From: Delftia acidovorans NBRC 14950
Lineage (GTDB): Bacteria > Pseudomonadota > Gammaproteobacteria > Burkholderiales > Burkholderiaceae_C
DNA length: 32,000 nucleotides
Reading direction: 5' to 3'
Assembly (NCBI RefSeq): GCF_001598795.1
Contig: NZ_BCZP01000009.1
Span: 30,001 to 62,000, forward strand
The translations under genes were made by a program, and so were the position numbers. The notes under the pieces are model-generated. The model was not told where the DNA came from. It was given only the letters and a program-made list of their open reading frames with translations, and searched no databases. This document shows positions 1 through 9,378 of this stretch, piece after piece. Each line of letters opens with the position of its first letter. The first letter of the stretch is position 1.

Positions 1-1
1 C

Positions 2-1225
2 GCCGACGACCAGGTCGCCTGCACCTGGGTGGAATCCACCGACCCCAGCTACACGCTCTACACCAGCGGCACCACGGGGCGCCCCAAGGGCGTGCAGCGC
101 GATACGGGCGGCTACACGGTGGCGCTGGCCGCCAGCATGCCGCTGATCTTCGGGGCCGAGGCAGGGCAGACTTTTTTCTGCACCAGCGACATCGGCTGGG
201 TTGTGGGCCACAGCTACATCATCTATGCGCCGCTGATCGCAGGCATGGCCACCGTGCTCTACGAGGGCCTGCCCATACGCCCCGACGCGGGCATCTGGTG
301 GAGCATCGTGGAGAAGTACCGGGTCACCCACATGTTCTCGGCGCCCACGGCCATCCGTGTGCTCAAGAAGCACGATGCCGAGTACCTGCACCGCCACGAT
401 ATCTCCAGCCTCAAGGCGCTGTGGCTGGCCGGCGAGCCGCTGGACGAGCCCACGGCGCAGTGGATCAGCCAGGCCCTGGGCAAGCCCATCATCGACAACT
501 ACTGGCAGACCGAGACCGGCTGGCCCATCCTCACGCTGTGCAACGGCGTGGAGCAGCAGACCACGCGCTTCGGCAGTCCCGGCAAGGCCGTCTATGGCTA
601 TGACGTGAAACTGATCGACGAGGCCACGGGCGAGGAACTGCTCGGCGCCGGGCAAAAGGGCGTGCTGGCCATCGAGGGGCCGCTGCCGCCGGGCTGCATG
701 CAGACCGTCTGGCGTGACGATCAGCGCTTCGTCAATACCTACTGGAAGAGCATTCCGGGCCGCATGGTCTACAGCACCTTCGACTGGGGCATACGCGACG
801 AGGATGGCTACTTCTTCATCCTGGGCCGCACGGATGACGTGATCAACGTGGCCGGCCACCGCCTGGGCACGCGCGAGATCGAGGAATGCATTTCCGCCCA
901 CCCCCAGGTGGCCGAAGTCGCCGTGGTCGGCGTGGCCGATACGCTCAAGGGCCAGGTGGCGCTGGCCTTTGCCGTGCCCCGGACGGCGCTGGAGGGCGAG
1001 GCCGAGCGCGCGGCGCTGCAGGCCGATGTGATGAAGCTGGTCGATGTACGCCTGGGCGCCGTGGCCCGGCCCTCGCGCGTGGTCTTCGTCAGTGCGCTGC
1101 CCAAGACGCGCAGCGGCAAGCTGCTGCGCCGCGCCATGCAGGCCGTGGCCGAGGGGCGCGACCCGGGCGACCTCAGCACCATGGAAGATCCGGCCGCGCT
1201 CGCCCAGGTGCAGCAGCAGCTGTGA
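2..1225 (+). CDS. prpE: AMP-forming acyl-CoA synthetase, propionate--CoA ligase-like; 5' end lies outside the window
   Basis: The frame is open from the window edge (phase starts at nt 2; the track start at 29 is an internal GTG). It carries the AMP-binding signature YTSGTTGRPKG, then SDIGWVVGHSY, DNYWQTETGWP and C-terminal LPKTRSGKLLRR, as in Acs/PrpE enzymes. Confidence 0.85.
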   Translation, partial: ADDQVACTWVESTDPSYTLYTSGTTGRPKGVQRDTGGYTVALAASMPLIFGAEAGQTFFCTSDIGWVVGHSYIIYAPLIAGMATVLYEGLPIRPDAGIWWSIVEKYRVTHMFSAPTAIRVLKKHDAEYLHRHDISSLKALWLAGEPLDEPTAQWISQALGKPIIDNYWQTETGWPILTLCNGVEQQTTRFGSPGKAVYGYDVKLIDEATGEELLGAGQKGVLAIEGPLPPGCMQTVWRDDQRFVNTYWKSIPGRMVYSTFDWGIRDEDGYFFILGRTDDVINVAGHRLGTREIEECISAHPQVAEVAVVGVADTLKGQVALAFAVPRTALEGEAERAALQADVMKLVDVRLGAVARPSRVVFVSALPKTRSGKLLRRAMQAVAEGRDPGDLSTMEDPAALAQVQQQL

Positions 1226-1280
1226 GGCAGGGCGCGCGCCGCAACCGCTTGCGGCCGGGGTGATGTGCGCCGGCGCCCCT

Positions 1281-1314
1281 GCCTGCCGCGCCTACAAGCC
1301 TGCCGCGCCTACAA
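1281..1314. repeat. Perfect tandem duplication of a 17-bp unit (GCCTGCCGCGCCTACAA x2) in the prpE/PGM intergenic region
   Basis: Read directly: 1281-1297 and 1298-1314 are identical. The motif TTGCGG(C) also recurs at about 1247 and 1315. Confidence 0.9.
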
Positions 1315-1391
1315 TTGCGGCTTGGGCCGCAGCCGGGCCAGGTTCCGGGCTGCGGCGCCCTGTTTTCAACCGACGAGAAAGCGTTTTCGAC

Positions 1392-2780
1392 GTGCAGGTC
1401 GCATCTTCCATCTTCAAAGCCTATGACATCCGCGGCATCGTGCCGTCCACGCTCAACGAGGAGGTCGCGCTTGGCGTGGGCCGCGCCTTCGGCATGGCGG
1501 CCCTGGCGGCCGGCGAGACCGTGGTGGCCGTGGGACGCGATGGCCGCCTGTCGGGACCCTCGCTGTCCGCGGCGCTGATCGCCGGCCTGACCGAGGTCGG
1601 CATCGAGGTGATCGACATCGGCCTGGCCACCACGCCCATGCTGTACTACGCGGCCAGCACACTGGCGCGCTCGGGCATCCAGGTCACGGGCAGCCACAAC
1701 CCCAAGGACTACAACGGCTTCAAGATGGTGCTGGCCGGCCGCGCCATCTACGGCGAGGAAATCCAGGCCCTGCGCCGCCGTGTCGAGAGCGACGACTGGA
1801 CGATCACGGGCACCGGCAGCGTGCGCCGCGCCGATGTGCAGGCCGACTACCAGGCGCGCATCGTGGGCGACGTGAAGCTGGCGCGACCCATCAAGATCGT
1901 GGTGGACTGCGGCAACGGCGTGGCCGGTGCCTCGGCGCCCGGCATCTTCCGCGCCCTGGGCTGCGAGGTGATCGAGCTGTTCTCCGAAGTGGACGGTGAA
2001 TTCCCCAACCACCATCCTGACCCCAGCAAGCCCGAGAACCTGCGCGACGTGATCGAGGCGCTGCGCACCTCGGACGCCGAGCTGGGCCTGGCCTTCGACG
2101 GCGACGGCGATCGCCTGGGCATCGTCACCAAGGACGGCCAGAACATCTTCCCCGACCGCCAGATGATGCTGTTCGCCAAGGACGTGCTCTCGCGCGTGCC
2201 GGGCGGCAGCATCGTCTACGACGTGAAATGCACGCAGCGCCTGGCGCCCGCCATCCGCGAGGCCGGGGGCGAGCCTGTGATGTTCAAGACGGGCCACTCC
2301 CTGGTCAAGGCCCGCATGAAGGAGCTGGACGCACCGCTGGGCGGCGAGATGAGCGGCCACATCTTCTTCAAGGAGCGCTGGTATGGCTTCGATGACGGCA
2401 CCTACGCGGGCTGCCGTCTGCTGGAGATCGTCAGCCGCGAGGCCGACCCCAGCGCCTTGCTCAACGCGTTGCCCACCAGCTTTTCCACCCCTGAACTGAA
2501 TGTGGCCTGCGCCGAGGGCGAGCCCCATCGCCTGGCCGCCGAACTGCAGGCCCTGGCCGCCGAGACCTTTGCCGCACCGGCCCAGGTCAGCACCATTGAC
2601 GGCCTGCGCGTGGACTGGGCCGACGGCTTCGGCCTGATCCGCGCCAGCAACACCACGCCCGTGCTGGTGCTGCGCTTCGAGGGCCAGACCCAGGAGGCGC
2701 TGTCGCGCATCGAGGCGCAGATGCTGGCGCTGCTGGAGCGCGTCAAGCCCGGCGCGCAGGTTGGCGGCGCCGCGCACTGA
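1392..2780 (+). CDS. algC: Phosphomannomutase/phosphoglucomutase (alpha-D-phosphohexomutase family)
   Basis: Motifs: FKAYDIRGIV near the N-terminus, active-site loop TGSHNPKDYNGFK, Mg loop FDGDGDRLG, sugar loop GGEMSGH. I start it at the in-frame GTG at 1392 (VQVASSIFKAYDIRG), giving about 462 aa. The longer track ORF from 1044 adds an Arg/Ala/Pro-rich extension that overlaps prpE. Confidence 0.85.
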   Translation: MQVASSIFKAYDIRGIVPSTLNEEVALGVGRAFGMAALAAGETVVAVGRDGRLSGPSLSAALIAGLTEVGIEVIDIGLATTPMLYYAASTLARSGIQVTGSHNPKDYNGFKMVLAGRAIYGEEIQALRRRVESDDWTITGTGSVRRADVQADYQARIVGDVKLARPIKIVVDCGNGVAGASAPGIFRALGCEVIELFSEVDGEFPNHHPDPSKPENLRDVIEALRTSDAELGLAFDGDGDRLGIVTKDGQNIFPDRQMMLFAKDVLSRVPGGSIVYDVKCTQRLAPAIREAGGEPVMFKTGHSLVKARMKELDAPLGGEMSGHIFFKERWYGFDDGTYAGCRLLEIVSREADPSALLNALPTSFSTPELNVACAEGEPHRLAAELQALAAETFAAPAQVSTIDGLRVDWADGFGLIRASNTTPVLVLRFEGQTQEALSRIEAQMLALLERVKPGAQVGGAAH

Positions 2781-2795
2781 TTTGCGCGCAAGGCG

Positions 2796-4121
2796 ATGAC
2801 TTCACGCTCTCCCACGTCCTGGGCGCGCGCGCTGTACAGCGCCGTGACCTGGGCGGCGCAGCCGCTGCTGCGCCGCAAGCTGCTGCGCCGCGCCGAGGCC
2901 GAGCCCGTCTATGCCGAGCACATTCCCGAGCGCTTTGGCCGCTACCAGCCGGCCACGCTGGGGCAGGACGGACATGGCCGGTGGATCTGGATTCATGCCG
3001 TATCGCTGGGCGAGACGCGCGCTGCCGCCATCTTGCTGACCGCGCTGCGCGAGCGCCTGCCCGGCATGCGCCTGCTGCTGACCCATGGCACGGCCACAGG
3101 CCGCACCGAAGGCCGCCGGCTGCTGCAGCCCGGCGACCTGCAGGTCTGGCAGCCCTGGGATACGCCAGCGGCCGTGCGCCGCTTCGTGCAGCAATTCCGG
3201 CCCGCGGTCGGCGTGCTCATGGAGACCGAAGTGTGGCCCAACCTGGTCGCCATCTGCCGCGAAGAGGGCGTGCCGCTGGCGCTGGCCAATGCGCGACTCA
3301 GCGACAAATCGCTGGGCCAGGCGCTGCGCGTGGCGCCGCTGGCGCGGCCCACCTATGCCGCCCTGGCCGCCGCCTGGGCGCAGACCGAGGACGATGCCCG
3401 GCGCCTGCGCCTGCTGGGTGCGCCCGTGCGCGGCGTGCTCGGCAACCTGAAATTCGATGCGCGTCCGGACGCTGCGCTGCTGGAGCGCGCCCGGCAATGG
3501 AAGTCCGGCCTGTCCCGCCCTGTGGTGCTGTTGGCCAGCAGCCGCGAGGGCGAGGAGGCCATGCTGCTGTCCGCCCTGCGCACGCTGGGGCCGGCAGGCC
3601 GGGCCGTGCAATGGCTGGTCGTGCCGCGCCATCCGCAGCGCTTTGACGAAGTGGCGGCGCTGCTGGCTGGCGGCGGCCTGCATGTCTCGCGCCGCAGCCA
3701 GTGGGTGGGTGGCCCGCCCTGCGGGGCTGCGGCGGATGACATCGACATCTGGCTGGGTGATTCGCTGGGCGAGATGGCCCTGTACTACGGCCTGGCCGAC
3801 GCCACGCTCATGGGCGGCAGCTTTGCGCCGCTGGGCGGCCAGAACCTCATCGAGGCCCTGGCCTGCGACTGCCCCGTGGTGCTGGGGCCGCATACCTTCA
3901 ACTTCAGCGAAGCCTCGGACCTGGCCTGCGAAGCCGGTGCCGCGCTGCGGGCGCCCGACCTGGAGCACGGGCTGCGCCTGGCCGTGGACCTGGCCGGGGA
4001 CCGCCAGTCCCACGCCAATGCCGTGGCCCAGGCGCGCGGCTTCCTGGACCAGCACCGCGGGGCCGCACAGGCCACGGCGCAGGCGGTGGCCGGGCTGTTG
4101 CAGTCCCAACCGTTGCGCTGA
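2796..4121 (+). CDS. waaA: 3-deoxy-D-manno-octulosonic acid (Kdo) transferase
   Basis: 441 aa with ATG at 2796. It has the KdtA/WaaA hallmark WIHAVSLGETRAA and a glycosyltransferase C-terminal half (GGSFAPLGGQNLIEALA). Confidence 0.85.
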   Translation: MTSRSPTSWARALYSAVTWAAQPLLRRKLLRRAEAEPVYAEHIPERFGRYQPATLGQDGHGRWIWIHAVSLGETRAAAILLTALRERLPGMRLLLTHGTATGRTEGRRLLQPGDLQVWQPWDTPAAVRRFVQQFRPAVGVLMETEVWPNLVAICREEGVPLALANARLSDKSLGQALRVAPLARPTYAALAAAWAQTEDDARRLRLLGAPVRGVLGNLKFDARPDAALLERARQWKSGLSRPVVLLASSREGEEAMLLSALRTLGPAGRAVQWLVVPRHPQRFDEVAALLAGGGLHVSRRSQWVGGPPCGAAADDIDIWLGDSLGEMALYYGLADATLMGGSFAPLGGQNLIEALACDCPVVLGPHTFNFSEASDLACEAGAALRAPDLEHGLRLAVDLAGDRQSHANAVAQARGFLDQHRGAAQATAQAVAGLLQSQPLR

Positions 4122-4158
4122 GCACTAGGTTTTCGGCTGGCGGTATCCGCAGGCCGGA

Positions 4159-5583
4159 TCAGCCGGCGTCCTGCAGCACGGGCAGGCTCACACTCGCCAG
4201 CAGCCCTCCATCCTCCGCACTGAGCAGCTCGATGCTGCCGCCGTGCCGCTCGGTCACGGTCCTGGCGATGGCCAGGCCCAGGCCGCTGCCGCTCTGGCTC
4301 TGGTCGGGCACGCGGAAGAAGCGGTCGAAGACACGCTGGCGCCAGGCCTCGGCAATGCCAGGGCCACGGTCGCGCACCTGGAGCACGGCCTGGTCGCCCT
4401 GGCGCTGCAGGCGCACGCTGATGGTGGCGTGCGCGGGGCTGTATTTGATGGCGTTGTCCACGAGGTTGTCGATCAGCGAGACCAGGCCTTCGCGTTCGCC
4501 CATCACGCTCAGTGGCTCGCTGGCTTCCAGGGCCAGTTCCACCGGGCGGCGGCGGGCCAGGGCGTCGAGTGCGGCGAGCCGGTCTTCCAGCAGCAGGTCC
4601 AGGCGCAGCGGCTGCATGGCCATGCCGGGCGCTTCGGTCTCGCTGCGCATGAGCTGCAGCAGCTGGGCCACCATGCGGCTGGCGCGCTGGTTGCTGCGCA
4701 GCAGGCTGTCCATGAGTTCCTGCTGGCGCGGTTCGCTGCCAAGGCGCAGCAGGGCCTCGACATTGACGTGCATGGCGGCCAGCGGCGTGCGCAGTTCGTG
4801 GGCTGCATCGGCGATGAGGTTGCGCTCGCGCTCGCTGCTGGAGCGCACGCGGGCCAGCAGGGCGTTGATGTCCTGCACCAGCGGCCGCAGCTCGGCGTGT
4901 GGCGGCGCATAGGTGAGCGCGCTGAGGTCGTCGGGGCCGCGTGTGGCCAGCTCGTCGCCCACGCGGCGCAGCGGGCGCAGTGCCGCGCGTACCGACCACC
5001 AGGCCGGAAAGGCCAGGAAGGGCAGGCTGATCAGCAGCGGTAGCAGGTAGTAGCTGCGGGTGTTGAGGGTGATCAGCAGTTCCTTGAAGGACGGCAGCAT
5101 CAGCGTGACTTCGGTCTGGCCCGAGGCCGAGCGCAGCGTGCTCATGCGCCAGGTCTGCCCTTCGAAATCTATGTCCTCGACCGTGTCCAGCACGCGGTTG
5201 CGCAGGGTGGGTGCCGGCGTGGGCGAGCGGTACAGGAGCTGGCCGCGCTGCCAGACCAGCAGCGTGGGCGTGAAGCGGATGTCGTCGTCTCCGTCGCCGT
5301 ACTCATGGCGCAGGGCCGTGTCCAGCGCGGCCAGGCTGTGCTGCTGGCGGTCCGGAAGGTCGGCCAGGTCCTCGGCCACAGCCATGACAAGTTCGTAGAC
5401 AGGCTTGCTGACCAGCAATTCATTGTGGAAGTGGGCCATGTAGATGGCTGCCACCAGCAACGCGGTCCAGATCGCGGTGAGCACGCCCATCTGGGCCAGC
5501 AGCATCCGCCGGCCCAGTGTGGGCCGCAGCCAGCGGCGCCATCTCGGGCTGGCCTGTTGCCCCTGCAGGGTGTGCGATGTCAT
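4159..5583 (-). CDS. Two-component sensor histidine kinase (membrane, periplasmic sensing domain)
   Basis: H-box AAHELRTPLAAM, N-box LIDNLVDNAIKYSP, G1 VRDRGPGI, G2 GSGLGLAI. Two hydrophobic segments flank a periplasmic domain of about 130 aa. Its start lies 2 nt after the stop of the response regulator gene. Confidence 0.9.
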   Translation of the reverse strand: MTSHTLQGQQASPRWRRWLRPTLGRRMLLAQMGVLTAIWTALLVAAIYMAHFHNELLVSKPVYELVMAVAEDLADLPDRQQHSLAALDTALRHEYGDGDDDIRFTPTLLVWQRGQLLYRSPTPAPTLRNRVLDTVEDIDFEGQTWRMSTLRSASGQTEVTLMLPSFKELLITLNTRSYYLLPLLISLPFLAFPAWWSVRAALRPLRRVGDELATRGPDDLSALTYAPPHAELRPLVQDINALLARVRSSSERERNLIADAAHELRTPLAAMHVNVEALLRLGSEPRQQELMDSLLRSNQRASRMVAQLLQLMRSETEAPGMAMQPLRLDLLLEDRLAALDALARRRPVELALEASEPLSVMGEREGLVSLIDNLVDNAIKYSPAHATISVRLQRQGDQAVLQVRDRGPGIAEAWRQRVFDRFFRVPDQSQSGSGLGLAIARTVTERHGGSIELLSAEDGGLLASVSLPVLQDAG

Positions 5584-5585
5584 GG

Positions 5586-6263
5586 TCAGGACAAGGGTGC
5601 CATCGGCTGCGAGTCGATGACATAGCCAATGCCGCGCACCGTGCGTATGAAGCCCGGCCCGATCTTGCGGCGCAGGTTGGAGACATGCACTTCCAGGGCA
5701 TTGCTGCCGTTGGCGCTGCCGCCCGGGATGACTTCCTCCTCGATGCCACTGCGCGTGACCACGCGGTCCATGCGCCGCAGCAGCAGGGCCAGCAGGTCGA
5801 ATTCGCAGCGGGACAGCTCGACGTTCTGGCCTGCAACGCTGACACGGCGCGTGGGCTCGTGCAGCGACAGGCCGCGCAGATGCAGCGTTCCGTCGCCCTG
5901 CCCATAGCTGCGGCGTGCCAGGGCGCGCACGCGCGACACCAATTCGGCCAGGGCAAAGGGCTTGACCAGATAGTCATCGGCGCCGCTGTCCAGGCCGTGC
6001 AGCCGGTCGTGCAGGCTGTCGCGTGCGCTCAGGATCAGCACGGGCAGGCGGCGCCATTCGCGGCGCAGGCGCGTGAGCAGGCTGATGCCGTCGCCATCGG
6101 GCAGGCCCAGGTCCAGCAGCACCATCTCGAAGCTTTGCTGCTCCAGCGTGCGCAGCGCATCGGACAGGCGGCGCACCCAGACCACGTCCATGGCGTGATC
6201 GCCCAATGCGATGCGCACGCCATTGCCCAGATCCAGATCGTCCTCCACCAGCAGCAGTCTCAT
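5586..6263 (-). CDS. OmpR/PhoB-family response regulator
   Basis: Receiver domain (MRLLLVEDD, LLDLGLPDGDG, KPF) plus winged-helix output (ELSRCEFDLLALL, IRTVRGIGYVI). Confidence 0.9.
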   Translation of the reverse strand: MRLLLVEDDLDLGNGVRIALGDHAMDVVWVRRLSDALRTLEQQSFEMVLLDLGLPDGDGISLLTRLRREWRRLPVLILSARDSLHDRLHGLDSGADDYLVKPFALAELVSRVRALARRSYGQGDGTLHLRGLSLHEPTRRVSVAGQNVELSRCEFDLLALLLRRMDRVVTRSGIEEEVIPGGSANGSNALEVHVSNLRRKIGPGFIRTVRGIGYVIDSQPMAPLS

Positions 6264-6349
6264 CGTGTGTTTCCTGTGCCGCTCCCATGCCGCGGACCGG
6301 CGCCTGCGGGAGGGCTGCCGCGAGTATCGGTCAAGGCGGGGCTCAGGCG

Positions 6350-6388
6350 CTTCAGCATCCCTTCAGGAAAGCCGGGGCAGGTCTTCAG
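6350..6388. promoter_or_regulatory. Three CTTCAG hexamers phased at 11 and 22 nt; candidate response-regulator binding site
   Basis: CTTCAG starts at 6350, 6361 and 6383 in the divergent intergenic region upstream of the response regulator gene. OmpR-family regulators typically bind direct repeats with 10-11 bp periodicity. Confidence 0.3.
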
Positions 6389-6440
6389 GCTGGTTTGCCA
6401 CAGTGGCCCGCTCGACAACTCCCACGAAGGCAAGGCGCGC

Positions 6441-6692
6441 ATGCCAAGACTCTCCCGCTGTTCCTTGCTGAGCCGTCTGGCGGTGCTGTGCGCGCTGGCT
6501 GCCTGGATTCTGGTCGTGGCGGGTTTGCGTGCCTCGGCTTTGCCAGAGCACAGGGCTGCGGCGCCAGGCGCGCGGCCCGCGGCGGCCGGGCATCAGCCCG
6601 GGGCACTGCCGGCCGTGCGGGCGCTTCAGGGATTCAAGGGGCTGGCGCGCGGAGCGTCAGCGCATCGATGGCGCGCAGGTCGTCGTCGCTGA
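6441..6692 (+). CDS. Hypothetical small membrane/secreted protein (about 83 aa), divergent from the two-component operon
   Basis: ATG at 6441 is preceded by GAAGG about 10 nt upstream. The N-terminus has a hydrophobic helix (LLSRLAVLCALAAWILVVAGL). The 3' end overlaps the convergent tolC-family gene by about 59 nt and the C-terminal half is low complexity, so this is weak. Confidence 0.25.
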   Translation: MPRLSRCSLLSRLAVLCALAAWILVVAGLRASALPEHRAAAPGARPAAAGHQPGALPAVRALQGFKGLARGASAHRWRAGRRR

Positions 6693-8109
6693 GCGTGCCG
6701 GCGGCCTGGCGCAGCTTGAGCTGGCCCAGCAGCACCTGGTAGCGCGCCAGGGCCAGGTCGCGCTGGGTCTGGTAGAGCTGGCTCTGTGCGTTGAGCACAT
6801 CGATGTTGATGCGCACGCCGACCTCGTAGCCGAGCTTGTTGGCGTCCAGCGCGCTTTGGCTGGACGCCAGCGCGGCCTCCAGCGCCTTGACCTGTGCCTG
6901 GCCCGACTGCACGCCGAAGAAGGCCGTGCGCGTGCTCTGCTCCACGTTGCGCTGGGCGTCGTCGAGCTGTGCGCGCGCCTTGTCTTCCAGCGCCAGGGTT
7001 TCCTTGATGCGGTTTTGCACGGCAAAGCCGGCGAACAGGGGCAGGTTCATGACCACGCCCACGCTGGCGGCATTGGTGCGGTAGCTGGTGCCGATCTGCG
7101 GTGTGACCGAGCCGTTGGGATAGCGGTTGACCACGTAGCCGGCCTGCAGGTCCACGGTAGGCTTGTGGCCGGCCTCGGCTTTCTTCGTTTCCAGCTGGGC
7201 GATGTCCAGCGCCAGGCGGGCCTGGCGCAGCTGGGGCTGGCCTTGCAGTGCGGTGTCCACCCAGGCCTGGGCGTCGGAGGGCATCAGGGCCGGCAACTGC
7301 AGCGGCTGAGCCAGGGGGCGGGGCACGGTGCCCACGGCGCCAACGATCTGGTCCAGCACCAGGCGCTTGACACGCAGATCGTTCTCGGCGGCGATTTCCT
7401 GCGCGCCGGCCAGGTCGAACCGGGCCTGGGCTTCGCGCGAGTCGGTGATGGTGGCCGTGCCGACCTCGAAGTTGCGCTTGGCAAATTCCAGCTGCTGTGC
7501 AATGGCGGCCTTCTGTGCCTTGACCACGGCCAGGCTGTCCTGGGCGCCGAGGACATCGAAGTAGGCCTGGGCCACGCGCACCAGCAGGTTCTGCTCGCCG
7601 CTGTCCAACTGGGCGCGCGCCACGTCCACGCCGCGCTGGCCCTGGTCGTAGGCGATCTTGTTGGCCGGGCGGTACAGCGGCTGCTGGGCGCTGAGCTGCA
7701 GGTTCTGCTGGGGCGAGCGAAAGCTCCCCGGCAGCACGCTGACTTCCACATGCGAGGTGTTGGCACCGGCCTGCAGACCCACGCTGGGCAACAGGCCCGA
7801 GCGTGCCTGCTCGGCGCGGCTGGCGGCGGCCTGGGCGTCGGCCTGCTGGGCCTGCCACTGGGCGTCGTAGCCGCGGGCCTTGGCCACCAGTTCGGACAGG
7901 TTCTGGCCCGTGGCCGCTGAGGCTGTCAGAGAGGGCAGGGCAGACTGCGGAGCCGCAGGGGCGGGCGCAAGGACGGCTGGGGCAGGAGCCTGTGCCAGGG
8001 CCGAGCCCATGCCGGCCGCGCACAGCAGCAAGGCCATGTGGCGCAGGGGCCAGGCGTATGGGCGGGTCAGGGCGGAAGCGACAGGGGCAAGGGGCCGAAG
8101 CAGGGGCAT
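6634..8109 (-). CDS. tolC: TolC-family outer membrane efflux channel
   Basis: 491 aa with an N-terminal signal (LLLCAAGMGSALAQA) and two internally repeated OEP halves rich in Ala/Gln coiled-coil. The LLPSVGLQAG segment is typical of TolC. An alternative start at 8037 is possible. Confidence 0.85.
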   Translation of the reverse strand: MPLLRPLAPVASALTRPYAWPLRHMALLLCAAGMGSALAQAPAPAVLAPAPAAPQSALPSLTASAATGQNLSELVAKARGYDAQWQAQQADAQAAASRAEQARSGLLPSVGLQAGANTSHVEVSVLPGSFRSPQQNLQLSAQQPLYRPANKIAYDQGQRGVDVARAQLDSGEQNLLVRVAQAYFDVLGAQDSLAVVKAQKAAIAQQLEFAKRNFEVGTATITDSREAQARFDLAGAQEIAAENDLRVKRLVLDQIVGAVGTVPRPLAQPLQLPALMPSDAQAWVDTALQGQPQLRQARLALDIAQLETKKAEAGHKPTVDLQAGYVVNRYPNGSVTPQIGTSYRTNAASVGVVMNLPLFAGFAVQNRIKETLALEDKARAQLDDAQRNVEQSTRTAFFGVQSGQAQVKALEAALASSQSALDANKLGYEVGVRINIDVLNAQSQLYQTQRDLALARYQVLLGQLKLRQAAGTLSDDDLRAIDALTLRAPAP

Positions 8110-8199
8110 AGAGGTCCTCGAATCAAAACACAGTCGTCACGAAGCACCGGGGACGGCTGGTGTACCGCCGTGTCCCGGGTTTCTTTTGCGTGTTGCCGC

Positions 8200-8547
8200 T
8201 CAGTAGCGCGGCACGCCTGGGTCGCGCTCGCGCGACCAGGCATCGATGCCTCCGCTGATATTGGCCACGGTCTCGAAGCCGTTGTTCATCAGGAAGGCAG
8301 CGACATGCATGCTGCGTGCGCCGTGATGGCACAGGCAGGCTGTGGGGTGATCCGGATCGAGCTCCTGCAGGCGCGAGGGAATCTCGCCCATGGGGATGCA
8401 GCGCAGCTCGAAGCCCTCGGGGCGTACGCTGGCCTGGGCCACTTCCCAGGGCTCGCGCACGTCCAGCACCAGGGGCAGGGCATCGGAGCCGCTGGAGTGC
8501 TGGGTCAGCCAATCGTTGAGTTGCGCGGGAGGCACTTGGGGAAGCAT
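8200..8547 (-). CDS. Single-domain rhodanese (sulfurtransferase-like) protein
   Basis: Only the last 115 aa of the 300-aa track ORF look coding (MLPQVPPAQLNDWL...). It has the rhodanese active-site loop CHHGARS and ends ISGGIDAWS. The ATG is at 8547. Confidence 0.8.
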   Translation of the reverse strand: MLPQVPPAQLNDWLTQHSSGSDALPLVLDVREPWEVAQASVRPEGFELRCIPMGEIPSRLQELDPDHPTACLCHHGARSMHVAAFLMNNGFETVANISGGIDAWSRERDPGVPRY

Positions 8548-8624
8548 CGGAAAGATCCTTGCGGAATGGAGTGGAGTTGCCGCAGCGGCCGAAATCCTCT
8601 GGACCCCGGCCGCCGTGGCGGATT

Positions 8625-9335
8625 TCAGAACGTGAAGCGCGAAGGCTCTTCGAAGTTGGCCAGGCGTGCGGTCACCACGTCCCAGGGCTGGCTGGTTTCG
8701 AACTGGTGGCCGTTCTTTTGCACCAGCGTGAAACGCATCATGGGCAGTTGGCCGACGATGGCTGCCAGGCGGCCGCCATCGTTGAGCTGGGCCAGCAGGG
8801 ACTGGGGCACCTGGGCGACCGAGCCGCTGAGCACGATGGCGTCGAACTGGCCCAGAGCGGCCGCTGCCGTGGCGCCATCGGCCAGCTTGACCTCGGCATT
8901 GGTGATGCCGGCGCCCAGCAGGTTCTCGCGGGCCATCTCGGCCAGCTCGGGGACGATTTCCAGTGTCACGACTTCCTTGGCCTGGGCGGCCAGCAGGGCG
9001 GCCATGTAGCCCGAGCCGGCGCCGATTTCCAGCACGCGGTCGGTGGGCTTGATCTTCAGGTCCTGCAGCATGCGGGACTCGATGCGCGGGGCCAGCATGC
9101 ACCAGCCCTTGGCGGCGGCTTCCTCGGTCGGGGCGACCAGGGGGATTTCCAGGTCCATGAAGGCCAGGCCGGCATGCTCGGGCGGCACGAAATTCTCGCG
9201 GTGCACCTTGCCCAGCAGCGCCAGCACTTCTTCATCAAGCACGTTCCAGGGGCGGATCTGTTGCTCGATCATGTTGTAGCGCGCGTGCGCTTGGGCGCTG
9301 TGGTGTTCGGGCAGGCTGTTCAGGGGCAGGCTCAT
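8625..9335 (-). CDS. Protein-L-isoaspartate O-methyltransferase family protein (Pcm-like)
   Basis: SAM-binding motif VLEIGAGSGYMAALLA followed by DAIVLSGSV. The size (236 aa) is typical of the Pcm-like genes found next to tolC. Confidence 0.8.
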   Translation of the reverse strand: MSLPLNSLPEHHSAQAHARYNMIEQQIRPWNVLDEEVLALLGKVHRENFVPPEHAGLAFMDLEIPLVAPTEEAAAKGWCMLAPRIESRMLQDLKIKPTDRVLEIGAGSGYMAALLAAQAKEVVTLEIVPELAEMARENLLGAGITNAEVKLADGATAAAALGQFDAIVLSGSVAQVPQSLLAQLNDGGRLAAIVGQLPMMRFTLVQKNGHQFETSQPWDVVTARLANFEEPSRFTF

Positions 9336-9378
9336 GGGGTATCTCCGGAGAAAGACTTGTCAGGACAAACCTTTGATT

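Noticed and set aside
1044-1391. Long N-terminal extensions in track ORFs (PGM from 1044, adaptor from 13898, pirin from 21576, AEC transporter from 21643, pdxH from 23944, sodC from 25099, chaC from 25939, OmpA-family from 25864).
   Set aside because: The extensions are low complexity, overlap neighbouring genes or lack an RBS. Internal starts give family-typical lengths and, in several cases, clear Shine-Dalgarno sequences or stop/start coupling.
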